From Heptranchias perlo (lineage: Eukaryota), in assembly GCF_035084215.1 (NCBI RefSeq), contig NC_090350.1, positions 11,842,001 to 11,906,000 on the forward strand: a stretch of DNA of 64,000 nt, given 5' to 3'. Shown one piece after another: positions 1 through 11,810 of this stretch. The position numbers and the translations under genes were made by a program. The notes beneath the pieces were generated by a model. That model saw only the letters and a list, made by a program, of their open reading frames with translations. It was not told where the DNA came from and ran no database searches. Each line of letters begins with the position of its first letter. Position 1 is the stretch's first letter.

Positions 1-365
1 ACGCGCATTCAGATACAAAGCCTTTAGTGCTGTCTTTTTACTATTTTTGAAACCTCTAACCTTATCTACTGGCGCACTCTTAAGTTCTGTCCCTTCCTGC
101 CACTCTCTGATTATCATTTCCCTTATTGCTACCTTGCTCTCGTGCCTTGTCTTCTTTCTTTAATTTATCACATCTTCCCTTACTTGATCCCTCACCCCCA
201 CTATTTAGTTTAAAGCCCTCTCTACCGCCCTAGTTATATGATTCGCCAGAACACTGGCCCCAGCATGGTTCAGATGAAGCCCGTCCCAACGGTACAGCTC
301 CCACTTTCCCCAGTACTGGTGCCAGTGCCCATGAATCGAAACTCATATCTCCCACAACAATCGCG
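1..365 (-). mobile_element. CR1 LINE fragment (end of ORF1 esterase domain, spacer, start of ORF2), running off the window start
   Basis: Minus strand reads ...RFMGTGTSTGESGSCT/WDGLHLNHAGASVLANHITRAVERALN* (ORF1 end). It then reads ALYLNAR at 1-21, the start of the CR1 ORF2 endonuclease. Confidence 0.75.
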
Positions 366-1243
366 TACGCACTACATGTATTCTCCCATAGGGACACACA
401 CCACTTGCTTCTTTGAATCCCATCAAGGTAGGCACTGAACTTGCATATATGAGCATACGTTCAGATTACACCTACTAGCAGCTGTTGCCTTATTCTTCTC
501 TTGGAGAACCTATTCAATTCATCTCGCAAGATGCAACCCATTTATATGTTCTAAAAGTACATGTCAGATGCTGCAGACCAGGCTTACTTGTCTCCATCTG
601 CTTAATCTATGTTCTCAGGTGAGGGGCTTTGGGAAAAATATTTACCCATTGTGAGTTGATTCTCCTTCTATGGAATTGAATGACATTTCACTGTAGGCAG
701 AATCCTCCTTCCCTGCAATCATTTTCCCCATTTTGTCACAGATCCAGCTCCAAACTTGGTCTTGCATCTCAATGAAGGCTCAAAGAAAACCCTTCTGTTG
801 CATGCCTTAGAAACATGAAGGAACTATGTTTAGACACTTGACTTGATTTGCATTGGGACTTTGAAGTCATTGACGATACATGAGGAAGACCGGAGTGCCC
901 TTCACCTCTTGTAAAGCAAAGAGCATTTACCAAACCTCTCCAGATACCAATTTGAATCAACAATTGGGAAAAACGTACTTTTGTGTCAATATCTTAGAGA
1001 TCCCATCTTGAGCCGCGTAGAGCCATAACACTTGGGGTGCCCACCACAATATCCCACTGATTAGCCCGTTATTCAAGTAAGTTAGTGGAGCACGATACAT
1101 CTTTGGGCAAATCTGCCAACAACACATTATCTACAAAGAGAACTTCTGTCTTCTGTGCAGTCCAAAATATTAATGAGGGACATAAGCAGCCGCACTTGCT
1201 GAACCGTGGGTAGTTGGAGCATGCATTAGTTCATTGATCCTTT

Positions 1244-1395
1244 GGGGTAATTTTGTGAGGCTCTGCTCCTGACATGGAGCCTAACGGCAAGGGTGATAGC
1301 GGAGATAACCCTACAGCATTGTTGTCCCGATTTTTATGACCTGCACTCGCTGCTAGCAGGTCTTGTGCCTAGAGTGAGCCTCACTAAATGACCCC
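1244..1395. mobile_element. Short non-autonomous DNA transposon (MITE, probably Harbinger-type)
   Basis: Imperfect terminal inverted repeats ggggtaattttgtgaggctc / gagcctcactaaatgacccc. No clear TSD. Confidence 0.45.
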
Positions 1396-3099
1396 CTCCT
1401 ATGTATTTCTGTGTAACGAGCCATCAATAGGGTCAGTATTGAGACCTCTGCTTATAATTGCCAACAGCAACATCCTGTTATGCCACCAAGTGCATGAAAT
1501 ACAACACCAACTTTTGCCAACAGAAGCTTTTTTTTTAGCTTGTTTTGGCAATCTATAGATAGAAACAAGATTTTGTAATTTCCCTTGAATTGGCTACATG
1601 TGTTTTTTTGGTATTCACTTATATTCAAATAGAAATGGCTGTTGTATTAGTAGCAGCTGTGAGCAGCAGAATTTAAAAATGGCTTTTTTCTTTCCCATTC
1701 TTGTTATGGTGTCCAAAATAGGTTGGTTTGTGTTTTCCTACTGTGGGAAGAGAGTTGAACAAACACAGATATTGTGGCACAAAAAAAAGTTTGCATTGGT
1801 AGTGATGACAGCAAAGGAAGACCTTAGTGCAGACCAAATAATTCTACAGTGGCATTGGAATAAATTTTTTAAATTGGCATTTATTTGGTGCTTTATTGCC
1901 TCAAAACATATCAAAATGCTACATACAATGAATTACTGTTGAATTACATTGCCAGTTGGCAACACAATAGCCACTTTGTTCCAGTAAAGTTCCATAAACA
2001 GCACTCAGATGAATAACCAGTTGTTAATTTTTTTTTAATGTGGTCTCTGTAGAGCACACTGTGGGAGAATGCTGATGGGAGAACGCCCTTTGGTGTTTAA
2101 CATATGCTTTGTTGTTGTACTTATTGCAATTGGCATCTGATTTTTGGCTGTTGATTTTGAAGAGCGTGCAAAATAAAGAGTACTGAAACTGAGTCATAAA
2201 GGCTCCAGAGGTCTTCCCTGACTAAGTGACTCAGTTTGCAGGAAGTTTGATCGTTAGTGGCCCTCTTAAAGTTTTCATTGCTTTTTTTTGCACTGTCAAA
2301 CTGCTTTGATGTTCATCTGTAGGTTCCTAAATCGTGTTCTTCCTACCATTCTTTAATTTGTTATCCCTACAAAAGAGACTATTTCTCACTGTCATGCACA
2401 ACACCGTGACTCTGCAGAGATCATTCCTATGCAAGTTTGTTCCATTTCAGTTTCAGGAATCGGCCCCTATAGAGATGATGGGTACAGATGATGAAGGCCA
2501 GTACCTGTAACCTTGCATATGGCAAAATAGGTTGTAAGACACAAGTTTACTGACTAAAGGATGACACAGCAAATAGTTTATAGCTTTGTGTCTTTGGGTA
2601 AAATATTCTTTGTTGCTAATAATTGCTTGCGGAACCTTGGGAAAAGTTACACAAAAACTGAGAATCAAAAAAGACCACCACAGAAGGCAGGTTCGTGTCC
2701 TTAGTTGACTGGTTTTCTAATGTTATTAAAGGAGCAAATGCAATTGTAGAACAGAGGGAGGATTACATGTTGGAACATGAATGGAAGAAGTGAAGTTGTT
2801 GCTGTGGATCAGTATCATGGTGGCACTAGGGACCTGAAAATTTCCAGAGAAGTCAGATAATATTTTCATTGCTCAAACTCACCTGACGAGATTTTTCTCT
2901 CTGCCACATGAGAATACTGACTTAGAATGTGTACTCATCAAAGTGAATCAGACAGTGATAAGAACAGAGCTTGCATGTAATCTGAAAGCAGATACCTTAA
3001 TGCTCCACTGTGTGTGGCATTAGACGAGACTGCAGAGGAATGTAATAGACGTACAAAACTAGCTTCTGGTGGAAAATAATTTATGTATTTTATAACATT

Positions 3100-3460
3100 T
3101 GCGTCAGCTTGGCTTAGTTGGTTGTACTGAATCATAAGTTGAAGGTTTTAACCCCACAGCAGGACACATGTGAGGAGTGCTGCATTGTTGCAGGTGTCTT
3201 TCTTTGGAAGAGACAATAAATCGTTGCGATGGATGTTAAAGGTCGCATTGCATTATTCAGAGGAGCAAAGAGATCTCGGCCTACTGGCCAACATCACCAA
3301 GGAGAGATTAACTGGTTAATTTGTTTAACAACCATTGATAGAATCTTCTTGTATACAATGTGGCTACCACGTCTGACCACTGCATTTCGAAAGTAACATA
3401 ATATGAAATATGTTACGATATCTCTGAGAAACACAAGGAACCACATAGATGCAAATCATT
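3100..3460 (+). mobile_element. Degenerate tRNA-derived SINE (DeuSINE/SacSINE1-like)
   Basis: Shares the gagtgctgca...ggtgtc...ggatgttaaa...ctggccaaca blocks with copies at 22090, 57625 and 63570. Confidence 0.5.
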
Positions 3461-3653
3461 TCCTTTTCATACAACAATGTTTTTTTGCCTTTGTAGTTTC
3501 ATGAGGATGCTGTGTGTTTCATGATTGTGTACAGAAAATAAACTGTTAAATTACACAACTGATGCTAGACGACTTTTTTCTTTAATGATAATCACTAACC
3601 TTCAGAAGATTAACTCCCTTACGTGTGCGTAGTAGAGCATTTTGTAACATAAT

Positions 3654-4183
3654 GGCCTAGAAATTCAAGCGCGGCCAAAAACAGGGGCTAGGCCCGAGGC
3701 ACACATAATATTGTGCCTCGGGCCTCGTTATCATCGAGCCTGCATGCTGCACACGCCTAATGGGTGCCCCCAGGCAGCTCACCAGAGAAGAGGGATCAAA
3801 GATCGGACCTCTGTGTATGGGAGCAGTGGCTGGCTCCACATTCAAGTGAGTAGATTTTAAACACTTAACCTTGTTCGTTGCGGCCTGCAGTGATCTCTTT
3901 AAGGACCGCATGTTAGGCCGCATGTAGACCTGGTTTTCCTGAATGCAGCTGGCCCGGCACCGTTCAGGGCAACCAAGTATTGCAGACGGGATCTGAAACA
4001 GGCGTTAGGCGCTTTATTTGAATATGTAAATAGCCTAAAGCCTGTTTCAAGCGTAGGTTTTGGACGTCTATTTTATTGACTACACCAATATGATGGGTGG
4101 CGCATTTCCGGCTTGTAATGAGCGTGTGCTTCGTGCCCCCCATATTAGAGGTTTAGGAGGCTGCACGGTCGAATTTCTAGGGC
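3654..4183. mobile_element. MITE with terminal inverted repeats (Harbinger-like)
   Basis: ggcctagaaattc at 3654 and gaatttctagggc ending at 4183; CpG-richer interior; no coding capacity. Confidence 0.6.
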
Positions 4184-4399
4184 AAAGTGTCAGATTCTAT
4201 GCTATGTGGGTAGGGAGGGAAAATACAGACAAGTTTTAAGAAGGCCGAGAAATATCATTACTCTGAATGCCTGGAGCCTCTCCTGTTAATACAGAGGCAA
4301 CATGATGGGCAATTCAATAACGAACACAAAAAAGGAACTTGCGAACTATGAATGAATTTCTGATCAGTAGAAGTAATCCTGTATTCTGTTGATACAAAT

Positions 4400-6663
4400 A
4401 TAGGGATGGTAGCCAATACCATATGTAGAGAATGTGCCTCGTGGATAGCACGTTTCAGGAGGTGGTCACCCCGCGTCTGAAGAGGGTGCAGGCAGAGAGG
4501 GACTGGGTGACTGCCAGACAGACAAGGAGGACCAGGCAGGTAGTGCACGAGTCCCCTGAGTGCATCTCTCTCTCTAACTAGTAATAATGGTGAGGGAGAG
4601 GGTTCCTCTGCGAAGTGCAGCTAGAGCCAAGACCGTAGCACCATGGGTGGCTCAGCTCTACGGGGGCGGGAGGAGAAAGGTCAGGAGAGCAATAGTAATA
4701 GGGGATACTATAGTTAGGGGAGCAGACAGGCGTTTCTGAGACCGCAGATGTGATTCCAGGATGGTATATTGCCCCCTGGTGCCAGGGTAAAGGATGTCAC
4801 TGAACGGCTGCAGTATATTCTGGAGGGGGAGGGTGAACAGCCAGAGGTCGTGGTCCATATCGGTACCGACGACATAGGTAGAAAGAGGAATGAAGCCCTG
4901 CAAGCAGATTTTAAGGAGCAGGACCTCCAAAGGTAGTAATCTCCGGATTACTCCCGGTGCCACGTGCTAGTGAGTATAGAAATAGGAGGATGGAGCAAAT
5001 GAATGCATGACTGGCAAGATGGTGCAGGAGGGCAGGCATTAGATTACTGGGGCATTGGGACCAGTTCTGGGGGAGGTGAGACCTGTACAGGCTGGATGGT
5101 TGCACCTCAACGGAGCTGGGACCAATGTCCTCACGGGGAGGTTTGCTAGTGCTGTGGGGGGAGGGGGGGTTTAAACTAATTTGGCAGGGAGATGGGCACC
5201 AGGATGTAGCCATTGGAAAGGAGAAACAAGGGACACAAAGGATCGGGAGCAAAAGATAGCACCAGAGCAAGAAATAGTACAGTATTAGGTGGGGTCAGAC
5301 TGAGAGAATACAAGAAAGCCTAAGACTGGTTTGCAGTGCATGTGTGTAAACGCAGGAGGCATGGTAAACAAGGTTGATGAGCTGCAGGCGCAAATAGCCA
5401 CATGGGAACACAATGTTGTGGCGATAACTGAGACCTGGCTCAAAAAAGGGCAGGATTGGGTAGTAAATATTCCTGGATACAAGGTGCTCAGGAAAGATAG
5501 GGAAGGGAAGAAAGGAGGTGGGGAGGTGGCAGTACTGATTTAAGGAGAATATTGCAGTGCTGAAGAGAGAGGATGTCCTGGAGGGGTCTATTTGGTTAGA
5601 GTAAAGAAACAACAGAGGTGCCATTACATTACTGGGTGTATCCTGTAGGTCACCAGCTAGTGGGAAGGAGATAGAGGAGCAAATTTGCAGGGAAATTAGA
5701 GTGGAGCAAAAGCTATAGAGTGGTGATAACGGGGGACTTCAACTATCCTAATATAGACTAGGATGATAATATAAGGGGCAAAGAGGGGGAGGAATTTTTG
5801 AAATGTGTTCAGGATAACTTTCTTGACCAGTATGTTTCCAGCCCAACGAGGAAGGAGGCATTGCTGGACTTGGTTCTAGGGAATGAGGCGGGCCAAGTGG
5901 AGCAAGTGTCAGTGGGAAAACATTTAGGCAACAGCGATCATAGTATCACAAGGTTTAGAATAGCTATGGAAAAGGCCACTTACCACTCTAAAGTAAAAAT
6001 ACTCAATTGGAGGAGGGCCAATTTCAATGGGATGAGAACAGATCTGGCCCGGGTAAATAGGAATCAAAGATTGGCAGGCAAAACTGTAATTGAACAGAGC
6101 GCGGCCTTCAAAGAGGAGATGGTTCGGGTACAGTCTAGGTACATTCCCACGAGGGAGAAAGGTAGAGCAACTAAAGACAGAGCTTCCTGGATGACAAAAG
6201 AGAGCAGAGGTGAAGCAGAAAAAAGGGGCGTATGACAGATGTCAGGTTGATAATACAAATGAGAACCAGGCAGAATATAGAAAGTTCAGAGGCGAAGTGA
6301 AAAAGGAAATAAGAGGGCCAGAGAGTATTAGAATAGACTGGTGGCCAACATAAAAGGGAATCCAAAAGACTTCCGTAGGCATGTAAACAGTAAACGGGAA
6401 GTAAGAGGTAGGGTGGGGCCGATTAGGGACCATAAAGGAGATCTACTCATGGAGGCAGAGGGCATGGCCGAGATACTAAATGAGTACTTTGCATCTGTCT
6501 TTACCAAGGAAGAAGATGCTGCCATAGTCTCAGTGAAGCAAGATATAGTTGAGATAGTGGATGGGCTAAAAATTGATAAAGAAGAGATACTAGAAAGGCT
6601 AGCTGTACTTAAAATAGATGCATCCCGCACGGGATGCATCCTAGGTTGCTGAGGGATGTAAGG
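4400..6663 (+). mobile_element. CR1 LINE, 5' part (ORF1 SGNH esterase, ORF2 AP-endonuclease, start of RT); degraded and interrupted by the provirus
   Basis: IVIGDTIVRGADRRF...VVVHIGTDDIG (ORF1 esterase). CVNAGGMVNKVDEL...VAITETWL, GDFNYP, LLDLVL, LGNSDH (endonuclease). Ends at GMHPRLLRDVR just before TG at 6664. Many stops and frameshifts. Confidence 0.92.
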
Positions 6664-8783
6664 TGTTCTGTTCCCTTCCGCCTTACACCGGTTCTTGGAC
6701 CTCGGAATTACAAGAACAAAATTGCAGGCAACATACAGGCTTTGGCTCAACCCAAACTTGTTAGTTTATTAGACCAACAAAACCCCAGTACAAACCCTTC
6801 TATGATTTGCCTGGAACTTACAATCACCCATGCGGCTAGTCGTTACCAATGCTGATCGTAGGCCTGGACCTGGAATTTTTATTTCCAAAAATATACTATA
6901 TTCATAAAATTTGCAGCAATACATACAATAGTTGTCATATCACATTCCAAACGTACACAATACAGATTATACAATTTGCAGGTTACATAAAGTACAGTTC
7001 AATGAACACATTGTACATAATTACAGTTCATGACACTGTAGGGTGCCTCATTGCATTACAGTCAATACCGATTATTGATTACAGATTCATTACAGGTACA
7101 TTACATCAATTTGAATTTTACGTTCTGCTCGAGGGGTTTTTCCCTGATTGCAGCCCCTCGGTATACAATGGCGGGAAGGCTCTAAACGGTTGCCTTTCTC
7201 CACAGAGCCTTTGCGGTGGCCACACCCGTCCTCAGTGCGTCCCTGAACACGTAGTCCTGGACCTTGGAATGTGCCAGTCTGCAGCGCTCTGTCAAGGACA
7301 GCTCCTTGCACTGGAAGACCAGCAAGTTTCGGGCGTGGGCAAGAACCTAGTCATCAGGTGCGAGGTGCTCTCGGTGTTCCTGTACATGGCACAGGTCTGG
7401 CCCATACCTCGCTCCTGCGCCGCGACAGTCACCCGAGCCGTCTTCCACTTTATCTGGAGATCAAAAATGGACCGTGTCCACAGGGACACGATGTACAAAT
7501 CTCCAGAGAAAGGGGGGAAAGGCGTGCCCAACATGGTCCTCATCCTGATGGCCACTTTCGTGTGTGGCTGCATCAAGCTTTGCGTGGACCCTTGGTACGC
7601 AAACACAAAGCGTCACTACGTGCTGGGGTTCTACTTGTCCCCGGTGTTGCGAAGGATGGACCTGGCCACGCTGCCACGGAACGCTCCGTCCAGTTGGACC
7701 GTTCCGCCTCACCTGTCCTTCGTCGAAAAGTTTATGCAAAAAAACACCTTTGACCACAAGGCGATCAGTAAGTGGTTCGCACGTAACGTCCTCGAGAACC
7801 TGCGGGAAAAGGAGATGATGGATCCTGTTGGTTGGTTCCCCGAGCAGACTGTCAATGTCATTTGGCAGAACGCCTCATCGCCAGAGCTTTCAAACAAGCA
7901 CCAAGACATAGCTTGGCTGGTGGTGAGAAGGGCCCTTCCCGTCAGATCCTTTATGCACTCCCGGACTCTCAGCGCCACCGCGCGCTGTCCCGAGAAGGCT
8001 GCGGTGGAGACGAAACCGTCACCCATCTCCTTCTGGAATGTGCCTTTGCAAAGAAAGCCTGGAGAGAGATGTTGTGGTATCTGACCAGGTTCGTCCCGAG
8101 CAGTTCCGTAACACAGGACTCTGTGCTCTACAGGCTGTTCCCAGGGACGCACACAGAGACTGACATGAACTGCTGCTGGAAGACCATCAACTCGGTGAAA
8201 GACGCCCTTTGGTCGGCCTGGACCTGGAATTGGCCAGTTTCCATCCTTCTTCCCTTGACTGCAGCCTCCTCGTGTTGATGTTGTACCTTCTTATAGTGTT
8301 CCAGTCATGCAAGCCCCCACTCGGGCCTCAACTGTGGTTTCAGCTATCAATCTGTTGGATTGCTTGACATTCACACGTCTTCATCTGGGCATCTCGGTGA
8401 TTCAAAACTCCTTAGTTGTGCAGAGCTGTGAGGTCGAGAGACAACTTCTTATCTCCTCCCCTGCTACCTGCACAGCATCAGGACAATGCGATATTCCTCA
8501 CTGTGATGAGCCCTTGGCTCACAGCATTGTTTAGGTCTGAAAGGCTTTCCGTTCTTGTCCGAGACTGAGCATAGCTCAGAGGCTCAGTTTGATTATACAT
8601 CTCAATATTAATGTGTCTTCGCCAGGGGACCATTGTTTGATGTAAGTGAGTCTCCAAAACTGATCATGGACTGGAGCCTCTTTGACTGGCACCTGGGGTT
8701 AACTGTTTCATATCTCACAGCCTGTTTCATGTCTTGCAGTTTTACAGTGTTTTTACAGTATTTTCCATATTTGTAGTCTTACA
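6664..8783 (-). repeat. 3' LTR of the provirus (~770 bp after removing the Tx1 insert)
   Basis: Minus strand begins TGTAAGACT right after the PPT and ends GAACA at 6664. TATAA at ~8291-8295, AATAAA at 6765-6770, short direct repeats (ctgtttcat) in U3. Confidence 0.8.
6878..8214. mobile_element. 5'-truncated, 5'-inverted Tx1 (L1-clade) LINE inserted in the LTR R region
   Basis: Direct repeat ggcctggacctggaatt at 6861-6877 and 8215-8231. Plus-strand ORF2 piece GKNLVIRCE...zf-RVT...CCWKTINSVKDALWSA (~7335-8218) is continued on the minus strand by RNLLVFQCKELS...KATV* and an A-rich 3' end at ~6878. Confidence 0.92.
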
Positions 8784-8794
8784 GTCCCTCCTTT
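8784..8794 (-). promoter_or_regulatory. Polypurine tract of the provirus
   Basis: Minus strand AAAGGAGGGAC directly precedes the TGTAAG LTR start. Confidence 0.75.
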
Positions 8795-8885
8795 AATATC
8801 TCGTATACACTAGAGATATTACTTTTGATGCTTCTCCTCCACTCTCAGGTGCATTGCCGGTTTCAGCCAAATCTTAAATTTTTTA

Positions 8886-9350
8886 TGTAAGGAGTCTTAA
8901 AACACCAGGTTATAGTCCAACAGCTTTATTTGAAATCACAAGCTTTCGGAGGCTTCCTCCTTCGTCAGGTGAAGTGTAGGATTCCATAAAGGTGCAGCAT
9001 ATATAGTCAGAGAACAATGCCTGGTGATTACAGATAATCTTTCCAACTGCCCGTTATCAAAGCAATCAAAGGAGTTGAATGGTGTTCAGACAGAGAAATG
9101 TCTGTCTGAACACCATTCAACTCCTTTGATTGCTTTGATAACGGGCAGTTGGAAAGATTATCTGTAATCACCAGGCATTGTTCTCTGACTATATATGCTG
9201 CACCTTTATGGAATCCTACACTTCACTTGACGAAGGAGGAAGCCTCCGAAAGCTTGTGATTTCAAATAAAGCTGTTGGACTATAACCTGGTGTTGTAAGA
9301 CTCCTTACATTTGTCCAACCCAGTCTATAACCGGCATCTCCACATCATGG
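8886..9350. mobile_element. Palindromic Penelope-like element remnant (inverted pseudo-LTRs) carrying hammerhead-type motifs
   Basis: Arms 8885-9094 and 9101-9310 are near-perfect reverse complements around a 6-nt spacer. Flanked by cttaaatttttta at 8873-8885 and 9351-9363. Contains CTGACGA-A-GGAGG-AAG-CCTCC-GAAA-GCTT. Confidence 0.85.
8937..8971 (-). ncRNA. Minimal hammerhead ribozyme-like motif (Penelope type)
   Basis: cac-CTGACGA-a-ggagg(aag)cctcc-GAAA-gct-t-gtg: core boxes, stem II, palindromic AGCT stem III and cac/gtg stem I. The copy at 9224-9258 has TTGACGA. Confidence 0.6.
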
Positions 9351-9360
9351 CTTAAATTTT

Positions 9361-11686
9361 TTAATCACACCAATACATTTGGTCTAACCATCCCAGATCC
9401 CCTTTTAACAATCTTACACGTTTTTCCTTCTTAGCCTTTCCTTTTTGTTTACAAAGCAGTATCAATAAATACAACACAATCAATTGCACAATCACTAATA
9501 CATGCGATGCGATTTGAATTCAATATTGAACCCACTATCCCACCAAGAAGGGGTAACTATTTCTTCAATTTCACCCCTCGCTTTATTATTCTGTTGCTGT
9601 AGCGTATAGTAATGTTTTTGGGAAAGTTCTACTTCCTTTACCAGTTTAGTCAAGTGTTCTGGTAATGGCGGGATATAGAATCATAGAATCATAGAAGTTA
9701 CAACATGGAAACAGGCCCTTCGGCCCAACATGTCCATATCATATCCAAAACGCGATATGTTCGGCAAACTACCATTAATTGTGATATTGATTGGGGTGTA
9801 ATCCGAGATGGAGATTATCCTTTCCTGTGCTACCCAGATCTCCACCTGGGGTCTGAAGCAAAAGGTAGAATCTTGAACTGGGCACCAGGTATCATTGGGT
9901 ACCCGATATTGGCTTTCACTAGTTGTGACACAGTAAGTTCCATTACCCTTTTACGCAACCTGGGGCGGGACATGGCCCTGAGCCATTACTTCCATGGTAC
10001 AGTTGATAGGCTGTCCACCCCCAAATTTGAACCCACATACTGGCTGATTGAAAAGATTCAGGTAGCATGGGCACAACGCCACATGTGTACCTCGTCCCTG
10101 ACATCCGTCCAGATTGGTGCCGGTTATAGAGTTTCCCATTTTAACCACATACGGAGGGGTCTTATGATGCGTTACATGTACCCCATTCCGAATAACACCG
10201 ACTTTCTCTATCCGGTATACCAGCGCGGGTCCTTGTGACTGATCCATCACCGGCATCCTAAGGGCTATTCCCATTACCGTTTGTTTGTTATGGCCACAGT
10301 TGACCGGGACTGGGTGTGCTTCGGAGGCCCACCGTAACTGACATGGATTCATACGGTTGTTTTATGCACTTATAGCTCTTAGGTGTCCGTTGCCAATCCA
10401 TGATGGTACGCGGCCTTGCTTTAAATCCTCCAGATTAGCGCGCCCCTCGTTTAACAAACAGGCGCCGTACATGACACACACGTCATTTCAGGCGGCCTGA
10501 TCAGATGCATTTCGGTCCTCATTAATTTATTTATTGTCTGGGCGTGAGTTTCCAACTCAGCTATTATTTCTTCAAGTGAATTGTCATCACTTGGCCTTCC
10601 TGCAACTCTTGTCCCTCAATATTATTACCCTTCCCCAGTATTTCCTTTTGCTGGTCCTTTAAGGTATTCACCTGCATTTGCAGCTGAGTATTATTCATAC
10701 TGTTGACCAGTGACCTGGGTGACTGATTTTTACCGGTTTATATAAATCTTGCCAACTCTCGTCCCCATAGTCTTTCTCATAAAATTGCAGGAACATCTCC
10801 TTTCGCAGTTTCTCATACAACCTCACCGTTTCTGGTGAGCACCACCTGGGGAACTGTAACTCTGTTAAATTGAGAATGATCGAGGCTACCTCGTAATGCA
10901 CACCGTGATACAGCACTTTCCCTGTTGGAATCAACACCATCCCATTTCTAGGTCCGGGTGTCGTTATGGGACACTTAACCTCTATATCCCGAGTCTTTGG
11001 GGTTTTTGGTGGGGACTTTAATTCGTGCGCGACCAGTTCGGTAGCATTGATTATCTCTGGAGGATCGGCGACCACGCAAGAGTCAATACTCTGAGTCCAA
11101 TTCATTCCTGACCCGGAGTCTTGCTATTGTCATTTAAAAGCAATGGTGAACCCTCCTTGACATTTATGCCTCAACCCAACCACACACACATAAACTCCTT
11201 GCTCCCTCTTCCACCATTTGTCCCAAAACGATTTTACCCCTTCCTTAGTCGGGTCTGTTTGAGTTATTACCCAGTTTTTCCCGATCCGTGGATGCGTCAC
11301 CTTTCTTTTCGTCTTTCCTTCGTAACCACCACCACCAACCCATGTAGGTGCTCCCTTGGCATTCTAGACAAACCTGTCTACCCTCCTTCACCTGTACCTT
11401 GCTGACTGTGATATTTACTTTTGGACAGGACACCGATACTTCCTTAATTTTGTACCCGGTTTGACCTGAGTAACTTGGTGGAATTTGACCCTAGCCAGCC
11501 TGGCCAATTCCCATCGTGGGAGTATGTATCCATACCATTGTTACCTCATGTCGTCCCCCACTTAATTACAGTGGGACCGATTCCTCCCATACGCCCATAA
11601 ACGAGAGACATCTCAATGTCCCCCTGGCTCCCCTGCTCTGCTCCAATTTGGATCACCAACACGTTCAGCCACAGTGTCCACTTCAT
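9361..11686 (-). pseudogene. Retroviral env (signal peptide, Ig-like segment, heptad repeat, Cys-rich ectodomain, TM); disrupted
   Basis: MKWTLWLNVLVIQIGA signal-like start at 11686 after the splice acceptor tttatttttcttttgtAG (11712). Heptad SLVNSMNNTQLQMQVNTLKDQQKEIL; NLEDLKQGRVPSWI; Cys-rich YRIEKVG...GCQG...CP...CG...NCTME...GNGTYCVTT; TM IASHVLVIVQLIVLYLLILLC followed by a basic tail. Confidence 0.8.
9678..9736 (-). mobile_element. CR1 3'-tail fragment inserted in env
   Basis: (atagaatc)n tail plus acaacatggaaacaggcccttcggcccaacatgtccat, nearly identical to 30885-30945. It interrupts the env reading FGYD-IPPLPE. Confidence 0.8.
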
Positions 11687-11810
11687 CTTGTGTCTTTGGT
11701 TTGACTCGCTTCTACAAAAGAAAAATAAAGTACAAAGCACTGCTCTGTGAGGGGTCTTCCCTTCACAGGTTCGACTAAAGTTATTCACATATTTACATAG
11801 TACGGGTTAA

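Noticed and set aside
620-1200. Possible decayed protease/pol-like coding remnant on the minus strand
   Set aside because: Only vague resemblance, many stops and no convincing motif.
2451-2516. Exon-like segment after ttccatttcag
   Set aside because: Weak donor and no similarity to the INPP5B PH-domain exons I recall.
6849-8084. 411-aa ORF, the longest in the track
   Set aside because: It is a chimera made by the Tx1 inversion. It starts in the LTR, reads the antisense 3' UTR and C-terminus of Tx1, then enters sense ORF2 and frameshifts. It is not a gene.
9705-10238. 177-aa plus-strand ORF that could be taken for a retroviral antisense gene
   Set aside because: Its ATG comes from the later CR1 tail insertion and the rest is the antisense shadow of env.
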